Notes under the pieces: model-generated
Database searches by the model: none
Told to the model about the DNA's origin: nothing
What the model saw: only the letters and a program-made list of their open reading frames with translations
Origin: an uncultured Acetatifactor sp.
GTDB taxonomy: Bacteria > Bacillota > Clostridia > Lachnospirales > Lachnospiraceae
Length of the DNA stretch: 64,000 nt
Reading direction: 5' to 3'
NCBI GenBank assembly: GCA_910586775.1
Contig: CAJUJN010000006.1
Coordinates: 26,344-90,343 of the forward strand
Position numbers and translations under genes: made by a program
In this document: in pieces, positions 37,713 to 46,763 of the stretch
Numbering within the stretch: the first letter of the stretch is position 1
Layout of the letters: each line of letters starts with the position of its first letter

Positions 37713-39131
37713 TTATTGTCCCGAAAGGTCCTTCAGAAGCCCTTCCAACTCTGCCGTCATACCCTGGGAGGCCTGTTCCGGCGTGGACACTCCGTAAATC
37801 ACTTTCTCCATATAGTCCACAAATACGGCCTTTACGGAAGAATTCAGCTCATAAGCACCGTTTTTCAAAGAAATGGTGTCATTGGAAATCTGAATGCCCT
37901 GAGACATCAGCTCACTGAGCATCTGACCTTTTTCAAGAGCTTCCAGGGCACTTGCACTGGCAGGAACCCCCCTTACTGTCCCCAGAATCAGGGAAGCCTC
38001 CTCACTGTTGATAAACCATTCCAGAAACTCTGCCGCCGCCTGCTGATGAGCCTCGTCCGCCTTCCTGTTAATCGCTACCATCAGGGAAGGGCAGCATTCC
38101 TGACCGGAAATACTGGCATCCGCAAACATGGGCATGCCTGCCACACCGTAATCATAGTCAAGTCCGGCGATTTCCGTGTCGATATTGGAGAAAAACAGGA
38201 AAATACCTCCGATTTTGCCGTTCAGCCACAGGGGATTGTTCTGCATGGAATCATATAATACCGCCTCGTCATAGGGCTGGGATACCTGCTGAGCGAATAT
38301 TTCCAGAAAGCTTTCATATGCCTGTGTCATCTGTTCCTGATTAAAGCCCAGCGTAAAATCATCCTGAATATCGATTTCATTGGTAATCTGCTCCAGCATG
38401 GGTTTCAGGATATAACGAAGATAACCGTCCGTCACTGCCGTTGTCATATAACATTCAGCATCTTTGGCATGCAGCTCCCGCCCAATGCGGATGAAATCAT
38501 CCCAGGAAGCCATTTCCAGCCTGCCTTCTTCGTCACACCAGTCAGCCAGCAGTGTCCTGTTATAGAGAAATACCGTACCGTTATAGCCGAAAGGCAGCAC
38601 GGATATCTCATCTCCGATTTTACAGTAATCATTCATCATGGACTCGGAAATCTGAGCCATGTCAATGACTTCGGAATATTTCGACAAATCTGCAAATGCA
38701 TCTCCCCGGGCAGAAAGCTCTGCCACCCATCCCTGATCCACCTGAAATATTTCCGGTGCGTTTGAAGATGCCAGCTGCGTTACCAGCTTCTCATAATAAC
38801 CTGAAAAGCTGGAATATTCCGGCTCGATTTTAATTCCCGGATGTGAGTTTTCATAAGCTTCGATTGCTTTCAGGGTAGCCTCATGTCTGGAATCACCGCC
38901 CCACCAGGAGAAGCGCAATGTAATGTCCTCTCCGGAACCGCTCTCCGGCTGCTGATCAGAAGCTGATTCCTGAACTCCTGATTCCTGATTCTGTGCTTCG
39001 CTGTTCTGCTCTGTCTGTCCGGCGGAACCGGATTCTCCGGTATTGCCCTCCCCGGAATCAGAAGTGCCGCATCCAGTCAGACCGATTCCCATCCATGCCG
39101 CCATAAACAATGCCAACCACTTTCTTTTCAT
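37713..39131 (-). CDS. Extracellular sugar-binding lipoprotein of the ABC importer
   Basis: Lipoprotein signal LALFMAAWMGIGLTGC followed by a Ser/Gly/Glu-rich linker. 472 aa. Confidence 0.88.
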   Translation of the reverse strand: MKRKWLALFMAAWMGIGLTGCGTSDSGEGNTGESGSAGQTEQNSEAQNQESGVQESASDQQPESGSGEDITLRFSWWGGDSRHEATLKAIEAYENSHPGIKIEPEYSSFSGYYEKLVTQLASSNAPEIFQVDQGWVAELSARGDAFADLSKYSEVIDMAQISESMMNDYCKIGDEISVLPFGYNGTVFLYNRTLLADWCDEEGRLEMASWDDFIRIGRELHAKDAECYMTTAVTDGYLRYILKPMLEQITNEIDIQDDFTLGFNQEQMTQAYESFLEIFAQQVSQPYDEAVLYDSMQNNPLWLNGKIGGIFLFFSNIDTEIAGLDYDYGVAGMPMFADASISGQECCPSLMVAINRKADEAHQQAAAEFLEWFINSEEASLILGTVRGVPASASALEALEKGQMLSELMSQGIQISNDTISLKNGAYELNSSVKAVFVDYMEKVIYGVSTPEQASQGMTAELEGLLKDLSGQ

Positions 39132-39176
39132 TTTAATCCTCCTTCTTCTTATAAATCTTTCGGAACTGCCGGAAAA

Positions 39177-39278
39177 TATACTGCACGCCGGTTGAATTTG
39201 CAGTGCACCCCGACTGCAGACCGCCAGCCAGGTATTTTCCCTGAGGCATCAATGTAAATCCTGACGGTCTGCAGTATA
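39177..39278 (+). repeat. Copy 2 of the ~101-nt TATACT hairpin element
   Basis: About 88% identical to 10345-10445. It has the same termini, TATACTGC and GCAGTATA. It lies between the divergent SBP gene and the two-component operon. Confidence 0.8.
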
Positions 39279-39451
39279 ACTACAGTAATTTCCAGACATT
39301 TCCTTACTGAACCATCTGACATACTGAGCATAGCACCAAATTCTTTTTTCCCATAGTAATTAGAATTGACAATTTGACCTTTTATATGCTAACATTTAGC
39401 AAAAGGTATCTTTATATGACATATCGTTTCACTATGAGGAGAATTAGACGA

Positions 39452-40198
39452 ATGTATTCCTTGATTATTGTAGAAGATGATGATAATATACGAAGTGGAC
39501 TGGTTCATTTATTTCCCTGGGAAGACTCCGGCTTTACCGTAACCGGCGACTTCTCCAACGGCCAGACGGCATGGAATTATCTCAAATCCCATCCCGAGAC
39601 CACCGCTGTGCTGACAGATATCCGGATGCCTGTGATGGACGGCCTGGAGCTTTCCCGGATGATTTATGAAAATATTCCTTCGGTACAGGTATATCTGATC
39701 TCAGGCTTCCAGGACTTTACTTACGCCCAGACTGCCCTGCGTTACAATGTAAGGGATTTCCTGGTAAAGCCCCTGCGCCATCATTCCCTGATGCTGGCTT
39801 TTCTGAAGCTGAAGGAAGAACTGGACAGAACAGGAGCAGCCTCCCTGGAGCCGGAACAGCCCAATCAATATTATGAGCAGATTATCAGAGGCGTGAAGGT
39901 ATACGTTATGGATCACCTGAAAACAGCCACCCTGGAGGAAGCTGCCGTTTTGTCCCACTTAAGCAGCAGCTACCTTTCCCGACTTTTTAAAAGCAGGACT
40001 TCTCTGTCCTTCTCCGAATACCTGCTGCAAAAACGTATGGAGCGGGCCTGTGTGCTGTTGGGAGATTCCCGTAATAAAATATACGAAATATCGGATGCCA
40101 TTGGATATGACAATCCGAAGAACTTTTCCAGGGCTTTCCGCAGTTATTATAATCTGTCCCCCAAAGAATATCGGGAAAGGGGCGGCGAACTGCCATGA
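39452..40198 (+). CDS. Response regulator with AraC-type HTH output (YesN-like)
   Basis: MYSLIIVEDDDNIR, LTDIRMPVMDG and a C-terminal AraC HTH. An RBS GAGGAG lies upstream of the ATG at 39452. Confidence 0.9.
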   Translation: MYSLIIVEDDDNIRSGLVHLFPWEDSGFTVTGDFSNGQTAWNYLKSHPETTAVLTDIRMPVMDGLELSRMIYENIPSVQVYLISGFQDFTYAQTALRYNVRDFLVKPLRHHSLMLAFLKLKEELDRTGAASLEPEQPNQYYEQIIRGVKVYVMDHLKTATLEEAAVLSHLSSSYLSRLFKSRTSLSFSEYLLQKRMERACVLLGDSRNKIYEISDAIGYDNPKNFSRAFRSYYNLSPKEYRERGGELP

Positions 40199-42003
40199 TC
40201 AAACGCAGCCATCTGCAGCAGAAATACTTTCTGCGACAACTGATTCATCATCTTATAATTATCACCCTGCCCCTTCTGCTGCTGGGAATCATCCTGACCA
40301 ATTATTTCCAGAAACAGCTTCAGGAGGAGCTTACCGTCTATGCTGAGCGTTCCAAAAATTTCCTTCTCAGCAATGTGACAGAAGAGCTGAATACCTTCTC
40401 GGAACAGACTGCCCTGTTTTCCACTACCCCTACCCTGGCTCTGTCCATTTCCCGGCTATTAAACGAACAGTCCCTCGATTATAAGAATAATGTCTTTAAA
40501 TCCATTATTCCCACCATCATAGGCACCACGGCAAATATCAGTGAATTCGTGGATTCCATCTATATTTATTATGACAACCCTGACGGCAATTTTTTCAGCA
40601 GCCTGATGGGATATACTAATATTGCCTCTCCCAGCTGTATGGACAGCCAATGGCTTTCCGTCTATCAAAGCACGCCTGCCGACCGCAGGCAATGGGTATT
40701 GCCCAGAAATGTCAGATATTACTCTTTTGAAGCAGAGCGGGAAAACGTATCAGTCTTCCGCAGATTTGATTATTACAGCGGCGTCATGGTATTGAATCTG
40801 AACACGGAAAAGCTGTCCCAGATGTTGGACAGCAATCATATCTACCAGGGTTCCTGTACCCTGATAACAGATCCGGATGGAAATATTATCTTCGGAAGCA
40901 GCGGTCATAAGAAGCTGTTCGAATCCGGAAATACCGCTCCCCGCATCTTCTCCCATTCCATGTCCGAAAATGCGGTATATGATACCACACAGATTCATGA
41001 TGTAGGGTATGTGTATTACTCTTCGGAAATACCTGACTATAATCTCGTTATGATATCCCTTCTCCCCACAGCCGAAGTATTTAAAACGGTTCACAACATG
41101 GTACTGGCATTTACCCTCATTATTCTGTTCAGCATCCTGTTGAGCATCAGTCTGAGTCTCAGCGGCACTGTCAATAATTTCAGGCAGCTGAGGCTCTTGC
41201 TGGAGTTGTTTTCCCATGCGGAAACGGGCACGGAACTGCCTGTATTACTCCGTTCCAATGCCCGCAATGAATATGACCTGATCTTCAATAATATCGTCTC
41301 TACATTTGTGTCCAATCACCGTCTTCAGCTGAACCTGGCACAGACCCAGGTACGTCAGAAGGATGCCCAGCTGGCAGTTCTGCAGCTTCAGCTGAATCCG
41401 CACTTTATCTTCAATACCCTGCAGACACTGGACCTGGAAATTCTAAAGACACTGCCTGCCAACAGCCATGCCGACCTGCTGATTCACAATCTGTCGGATA
41501 TCCTGAAATACTCGCTTGAAAATACCTCCCGACAAGTACGGATCCGCGAAGAAATCGCCATCTGTAAGTCCTATGCCGAAATTCAGAAAATACGTTACGC
41601 CAATCCCTTTATTTTATACTGGGAATACAGCGAAGATATTCTGGATCTGCCCGTGATACATCTGATCCTCCAGCCTCTGCTGGAAAACAGCCTCCATCAT
41701 GCCATTAAGGAACTGCCCGGAAAAGGACTGATCAAAATAAAAATCTTCCGGCGGGAAAACCGGATCCACTTCTGTATTGTTGACAACGGACTGGGCATCA
41801 GCCGCAGCCGGCTGGAAGAAATAAAGCGCAGCCTCAGGGAACGGGACCAGAGCCACACATCCCATATCGGCCTGTATAATACAAATCTACGGTTGGTACT
41901 TACCTATGGGCCTGAAGCAGCTGTCCGGATTCAGAGTAAGGAAGGAATGGGAACGACAGTGCATTTCAGCTTTCCGCCCCAACCCTGCTCTCCCCATAAA
42001 TAA
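40195..42003 (+). CDS. Sensor histidine kinase (YesM-like, His_kinase plus HATPase)
   Basis: LQLNPHFIFNTLQ and NGLGIS motifs with two TM segments. It overlaps the regulator gene by 4 nt. Confidence 0.9.
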   Translation: MIKRSHLQQKYFLRQLIHHLIIITLPLLLLGIILTNYFQKQLQEELTVYAERSKNFLLSNVTEELNTFSEQTALFSTTPTLALSISRLLNEQSLDYKNNVFKSIIPTIIGTTANISEFVDSIYIYYDNPDGNFFSSLMGYTNIASPSCMDSQWLSVYQSTPADRRQWVLPRNVRYYSFEAERENVSVFRRFDYYSGVMVLNLNTEKLSQMLDSNHIYQGSCTLITDPDGNIIFGSSGHKKLFESGNTAPRIFSHSMSENAVYDTTQIHDVGYVYYSSEIPDYNLVMISLLPTAEVFKTVHNMVLAFTLIILFSILLSISLSLSGTVNNFRQLRLLLELFSHAETGTELPVLLRSNARNEYDLIFNNIVSTFVSNHRLQLNLAQTQVRQKDAQLAVLQLQLNPHFIFNTLQTLDLEILKTLPANSHADLLIHNLSDILKYSLENTSRQVRIREEIAICKSYAEIQKIRYANPFILYWEYSEDILDLPVIHLILQPLLENSLHHAIKELPGKGLIKIKIFRRENRIHFCIVDNGLGISRSRLEEIKRSLRERDQSHTSHIGLYNTNLRLVLTYGPEAAVRIQSKEGMGTTVHFSFPPQPCSPHK

Positions 42004-42034
42004 ACCTTAATTCCCGTCAAAAAAGGGGGCTGTT

Positions 42035-43006
42035 TTATTCTTCGTCCTTTCTGTTCTTCCTCCCTGAAACTCTCTTCCGCAACTCTTCAAAGGCCTCCCT
42101 GTACTCCTTCGAAATCATCCTGGGATTGGAGCGAATCATATCTCTCTGGAAGAAATCCCTGATCCTTCCAAGACGGTCTCTGTCCGCTACGTTAACGGCA
42201 TACTTTGTCTTCAGCTCAAGAAGTTCTTCCTTGATTCCGCCGAAATATTCCGCAGGTTTTGCCAGCACAATATTTTTAGCCGTCTCCAGCTTGCTCTCAA
42301 TACCGGATTTCACATCGTCGATACACATGCCCATGCCTTCGGCCAGTTCTTCCTTCACCGCGCTCACATTCTCCGCCATGGCCGACTTGTAATTCGCCAC
42401 TTCCTGGTTCGTCAGTGCAATGATGACGTCAAGCCGCTTCTGGATATGCACCATTTCCCGCTTCACCTGCTCCATCTTCACCAGCACATCCCGGATATCG
42501 ATGGCAGCCTTGAAGGAAAGCGCAAAATCCGCCGCTATCCCCACCGTCAGCACATAGGTCAGCACCGTCAGCAGCCTGCCTGGAATGAAGAACACAAAAT
42601 GCTCCACTGGCACATGTACTATTTCCGTCATCAGGATTGTCAAAAGACCCCACGCCAACGATGTTCCAAGGCAGATATACCCCTGAAAATTGAAGGGCTT
42701 ATCCGAATAATCCCAGTAACGCATTTTAAACAGCGCCTCCATGGTTACCCCTGTCACATATTCCAGAACAGTGGCGCCTACGCAGCCGGCCAGATAAGTC
42801 AATACAATACTCTCCTGAAAAGGCATGGACACCACCAACATCATAATTGCCCCGCTTCCGTACAACGGCAGAAACGGACCTCTCATAAACCCGCGGTTTG
42901 TCAGCTTTTTTTCATGAACCGATACATAGGTTGATTCAATACACCATCCGGCAAAACAGTAAATATAAAAAAAGAAAAGCCATTGTGTTATTGTATACGA
43001 ATACAT
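42035..43006 (-). CDS. Putative ABC-transporter type IV family (DUF1113-like) membrane protein with C-terminal coiled-coil extension
   Basis: FFFYIYCFAGWCIESTYVS and GPFLPLYG motifs, followed by about 150 aa of charged helical tail. Confidence 0.75.
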   Translation of the reverse strand: MYSYTITQWLFFFYIYCFAGWCIESTYVSVHEKKLTNRGFMRGPFLPLYGSGAIMMLVVSMPFQESIVLTYLAGCVGATVLEYVTGVTMEALFKMRYWDYSDKPFNFQGYICLGTSLAWGLLTILMTEIVHVPVEHFVFFIPGRLLTVLTYVLTVGIAADFALSFKAAIDIRDVLVKMEQVKREMVHIQKRLDVIIALTNQEVANYKSAMAENVSAVKEELAEGMGMCIDDVKSGIESKLETAKNIVLAKPAEYFGGIKEELLELKTKYAVNVADRDRLGRIRDFFQRDMIRSNPRMISKEYREAFEELRKRVSGRKNRKDEE

Positions 43007-43181
43007 AAGAACCTCTCATACATCATTTAAGGAATTGTCGAAGTATAACTGCTATGTTTTTCTTTTGATTACAGAGTCGCAGAGTAGTTCCTGTCATTTG
43101 ATTCGGCAAAAATCCGGAATTTGTTGCTCTAAACTATCTCACAGATATTTGCCCCACTCAGTATGTCATAATAACATAAAA

Positions 43182-43958
43182 TCACCGAAACACTTCCGCT
43201 TCAACCGCCAGCCTGCCCTTCCTGGTCTCCCTGGGCTCTCCCGACAACATGAATTTCCCGAACCCTCTGGCATTTACCGTCTCCCCGGCTTTCAGCTGAC
43301 GGGAATTGTTCTCGCAACGGCGGCCGTTTATATAAACTTTCCCCGCCCGAAAAAGCTCGATGCTTTTCTCCCTGGACAAATCACAGACTCTGGCCAGCAC
43401 CGCGTCCGCCCGCAGAGAAGGCACATGCAGATTCACGGAAACCGGCTCCTCTTTCGGAAGCGCCCCGATGTCCTCCGCAAGGCTGCACTTCACACTGGTG
43501 TGTTTTACCTGTGCCAGGTTCCCGCAGATATAATCAGAAATGGAATCCAGACAAAAAAGATACGCTTCAGCGTCAGCAACCTTGATATCGCCGATGGTGC
43601 TCCTCTCAATCCCCAGGTTCATCAGCGCCCCCAGGAAATCCCTGTGGGACAGCTCGTCCGCAAATTTCCGTGCAAGAGGCGCAATCCGGATACAGGCAAT
43701 GGGAAATTCCGTTTCGTATCCCAGTTCCTCCGGGTTGCCGAAGCGAATCAGAACCCGCTCTGCGCCTTCATACCCTCCGTTCAGCCTGTACCCTGCATAT
43801 TTCAGCCCTTTTTCCTCCTGCCAGAACAAATCCTGGTCGCTTAACCCCAGAAAACCGGTAAAGGTATAGATACCCTGCCGGAAAGACTTGTCCGCCAGGT
43901 CACGGAAACGGTTTTTCAGCTGCTGTATTTCTTTCTCGTCGGCATTTTTATTTTCCAT
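43182..43958 (-). CDS. ylmH: S4-domain RNA-binding protein YlmH-like
   Basis: 258 aa. FLGLSDQ and the C-terminal S4 segment LRADAVLARVCDLSREKSIELFRAGKVYINGR. Confidence 0.8.
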   Translation of the reverse strand: MENKNADEKEIQQLKNRFRDLADKSFRQGIYTFTGFLGLSDQDLFWQEEKGLKYAGYRLNGGYEGAERVLIRFGNPEELGYETEFPIACIRIAPLARKFADELSHRDFLGALMNLGIERSTIGDIKVADAEAYLFCLDSISDYICGNLAQVKHTSVKCSLAEDIGALPKEEPVSVNLHVPSLRADAVLARVCDLSREKSIELFRAGKVYINGRRCENNSRQLKAGETVNARGFGKFMLSGEPRETRKGRLAVEAEVFR

Positions 43959-44012
43959 TCCAAAATCTCCGTAATATACTCTCGTGCCGTAAGATTTTAC
44001 TGCATGTTGATT

Positions 44013-44115
44013 TATACCGCTTAACAGTTAAATTTTCCGAGTAACCCGACTACATAACGCCAGCCATATACATTTAACCAATGCAATATGGTAAATTCTG
44101 GCGTTATGTAGTATA
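44013..44115 (+). repeat. Copy 3 of the ~101-nt TATACT hairpin element (diverged, with a compensated stem)
   Basis: It shares CCCGAC, ACGCCAG, GTAAATTCTGGCG and the terminal GTATA with the other copies. Its stem TACATAACGCCAG / CTGGCGTTATGTA is perfect. Confidence 0.75.
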
Positions 44116-44171
44116 ATGCCACAGATGCCAGAAAACAATCCATCTTTCCCTGGCACTCCGTATCCATATTC

Positions 44172-45104
44172 TCATGAAAAGCTGATAACCGGTTCCCTGG
44201 GCGCTTTGGTTTTCTCTACACTGACGGCATGCAGAATCGGGCCTTCTCCCTTGTAATCCGCCCAGTACTCCTTTGCCACCCTGGCGGTCACCTTCACCCA
44301 CTCCTTCTGCTTCAGTTCATCCGCCCCCTCATATTCGCAGGCATACCCCAGGAAAGCCATATCATCCGCACAGCAGGTCATGGCCATGCGCCCGGGCACG
44401 AAATACCCCTTGGGAAACTGCTCCGGCTTCAGCACCATGGCCACAAAACGCAGGGTCTTTCCCTCATACCGCTCCAGATGATCCATGGAATCCAGATACC
44501 AGATTCCGTATCCTTCATTGTCCAGGTCGATAATGGGCTGATTCAGGTCATAAGGCAAATCTTCTTCAAAAATCTCGTCAATCTCGCCCTTTGAGTCTTC
44601 AAAGATAACATCCGCATCAGGGTTTACCGCCTTGATATTTCTTTTGTAGGAATTCAGCTGCTCTCTAACCGTATCACAGCGGTTAAAAATGATCATCTCC
44701 GATTTTCGTATCATCTCCGCCAACAGCGAACGCATATTGGTATAGTACATGGGAAACGTAGAACCGTCAATGGTGGTTATCTGCTGCTCTATTGTCCAGT
44801 ACCAGGGAAGCTTTGCATTTTTGTAATTCCACATACCATTATACTCTATAATGATACGTTCCGGCTTGTGACGTTTTTCCAGGGCTGTCAGGTTTGCCGG
44901 ATTGAAATCCTCTTCCCGCTCAATCAGCTCCACCTCTGTGCGGCTTTTTTCCAAAAGCGCAGGATCATATTCGTTTTCCCCTTCCTCACAGAGAATCAGC
45001 AGGGTCTTGCCTCTGACCTGAAAATAGTTCTGTGCCAGAGTAAAGCTGATAAATTCCGTCTTCCCGCTCTCCAGAAAACCATTAATCACATATACAGGTT
45101 TCAT
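44172..45104 (-). CDS. COG0523/CobW-like GTPase paralog with degenerate motifs
   Basis: VINGFLESGKTEF P-loop variant and no CxCC motif. 310 aa. It lies downstream of the canonical paralog. Confidence 0.8.
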   Translation of the reverse strand: MKPVYVINGFLESGKTEFISFTLAQNYFQVRGKTLLILCEEGENEYDPALLEKSRTEVELIEREEDFNPANLTALEKRHKPERIIIEYNGMWNYKNAKLPWYWTIEQQITTIDGSTFPMYYTNMRSLLAEMIRKSEMIIFNRCDTVREQLNSYKRNIKAVNPDADVIFEDSKGEIDEIFEEDLPYDLNQPIIDLDNEGYGIWYLDSMDHLERYEGKTLRFVAMVLKPEQFPKGYFVPGRMAMTCCADDMAFLGYACEYEGADELKQKEWVKVTARVAKEYWADYKGEGPILHAVSVEKTKAPREPVISFS

Positions 45105-45277
45105 CTTCTTTTATCCATGCCTTTCCGATTCGGGTATCCAAAGCGGCACCGATACATACTTTACCACAAACATGACTTATAAGACTTTCACCTTTTCATA
45201 TCATGCTTATAGCAACATGTTCCGATGCCCTTGCTGCCTGTTATACCTTATCACAGATTATAAACTTATGACAAAAA

Positions 45278-46531
45278 TCAGCCGAACAGCTCCTCCAGCT
45301 TATCCTCTTTTAATTCCGCACCTATCACACAGAATTTTCCGGTTACCGCCGGCTTTCCCCTCCTGATATCGTGCTCTTCGGGAACATAATCAAAGTAAAC
45401 CCAGGTACCGTCCTCCGAAGGAACCATTCCCTTTGCTCGGAGGATATTGCCATATGCGCCGCTGTCCAGAGCCGTCAGGATACTTTCAATCTTCCCGCTC
45501 GTAAATTTAGCGGGCGATTCCTTCCCCCAGCTGGTGAAAACCTCATCCGCATGGTGGTGGCCGTGATGGTCATGATGATCATGACAGCTACATTCCCCGT
45601 CATGATGATGATCATGCTCTCCGCCATCATGATGATGACCATGGCCACAGCATTCCTCGTGATGGTGTTCATGGCTCTCCTCATCATGGTGATGGCCGCG
45701 TTCACAGCACTCCCCATCGTGATGATGTTCGTGGCCTTCCTCATCATGGTGACGGCCATGTTCACAGCACTCCCCATCGTGATGGTGTTCATGGCCTTCC
45801 TCATCATGGTGATGGCCATGTTCACAGCACTCTCCATCGTGATGATGTTCACCGTGCCTTCCCTCATGATGATGGTGATGCTCATGCTCTTCCTTCGCAT
45901 GCTCCAGCATTTCCTTCATCATATCTTCCAGGGTATCCGCACCCTCTATGGTTTCCAGAACCGCTTTTCCTTCCAGTTCATCCAAAGGTGTGGTAATAAT
46001 GACAGCCTTGTCATTATGCTCCTTCACCAGTTTCACACTCTCCTGCAGTTTCTCCGCGCTGACCTTATCCGTCCTGGTCAGCAGAATCGTCCCTGCATAT
46101 TCGATCTGATTGATAAAAAACTCACCGAAATTCTTGATATACATCTTCGCTTTCGCGGCATCCACTACGGCCACCGCGCTGTTCACCTGTACATCCAGGT
46201 CAGCCGCCACATTTTCCACTGCCCTCAGCACATCTGACAGCTTACCTACGCCTGAAGGCTCAATCAGAATACGCTCAGGCGCGTAAGTTTCAATGACCTC
46301 CTTCAGAGATGTACCAAAATCTCCCACCAGAGAACAGCAGATACAGCCTGAATTCATCTCTTTGATCTCAATGCCCGATTCCTTCAGAAAACCTCCGTCG
46401 ATGCCGATCTCACCGAACTCGTTCTCGATCAGCACCGTCTTGCTGCCATCCAGCGCTTCTTTCAACAGCTTCTTGATCAGAGTGGTTTTGCCCGCTCCCA
46501 GAAATCCGGAAAATACGTCAATTTTTGTCAT
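45278..46531 (-). CDS. COG0523/CobW-family metallochaperone GTPase with His/Cys-rich insert
   Basis: GFLGAGKTTL, the GCICCSL (CxCC) motif, about 115 aa of H/E/D/C-rich sequence, then a CobW C-terminal domain. The ATG at 46531 is chosen because it directly precedes the P-loop. Confidence 0.88.
   Translation of the reverse strand: MTKIDVFSGFLGAGKTTLIKKLLKEALDGSKTVLIENEFGEIGIDGGFLKESGIEIKEMNSGCICCSLVGDFGTSLKEVIETYAPERILIEPSGVGKLSDVLRAVENVAADLDVQVNSAVAVVDAAKAKMYIKNFGEFFINQIEYAGTILLTRTDKVSAEKLQESVKLVKEHNDKAVIITTPLDELEGKAVLETIEGADTLEDMMKEMLEHAKEEHEHHHHHEGRHGEHHHDGECCEHGHHHDEEGHEHHHDGECCEHGRHHDEEGHEHHHDGECCERGHHHDEESHEHHHEECCGHGHHHDGGEHDHHHDGECSCHDHHDHHGHHHADEVFTSWGKESPAKFTSGKIESILTALDSGAYGNILRAKGMVPSEDGTWVYFDYVPEEHDIRRGKPAVTGKFCVIGAELKEDKLEELFG
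45641..45880 (-). repeat. In-frame 60-nt tandem repeat (about 4 units) encoding EHHHDGECCEHGHHHDEEGH
   Basis: Unit starts marked by TTCACAGCAC occur at 45701, 45761 and 45821, with a shorter unit upstream. Confidence 0.9.
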
Positions 46532-46763
46532 TTCCAATCCATCCTTTCCAGGCCTTCCAGGGCATGGAAATACGGGCCGGCGCTCTGCCAGCCCTTCCTC
46601 TCCATGCGAAAGCCCACTGCACTGCATTCTATTTTGTACCATAATGGAACGATTGTCAATAAACTGAATATAAAAGTTTTCTGAAACCCTGAGGGATTCA
46701 CCGCGCCGTTCCTGGCATCCCAGCCCACATAGTCAAAATGGAAGAAACAAATAACCCGAAAGC

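Noticed and set aside
45371-46237. A 288-aa Met/Val/Ile-rich plus-strand ORF that looks like a polytopic membrane protein.
   Set aside because: It is the reverse complement of the His/Asp/Glu-rich repeat of the COG0523 gene. CAT/CAC His codons read as ATG/GTG on the other strand, so the hydrophobicity is an artefact.
46532-46763. A cobalamin or NiCo riboswitch in the leader of the CobW-like genes.
   Set aside because: No B12-box or GCCACTG-type core was recognised, and there is no obvious multi-stem junction. COG0523 genes with CxCC and a His-rich insert are more often Zn-related than B12-related.
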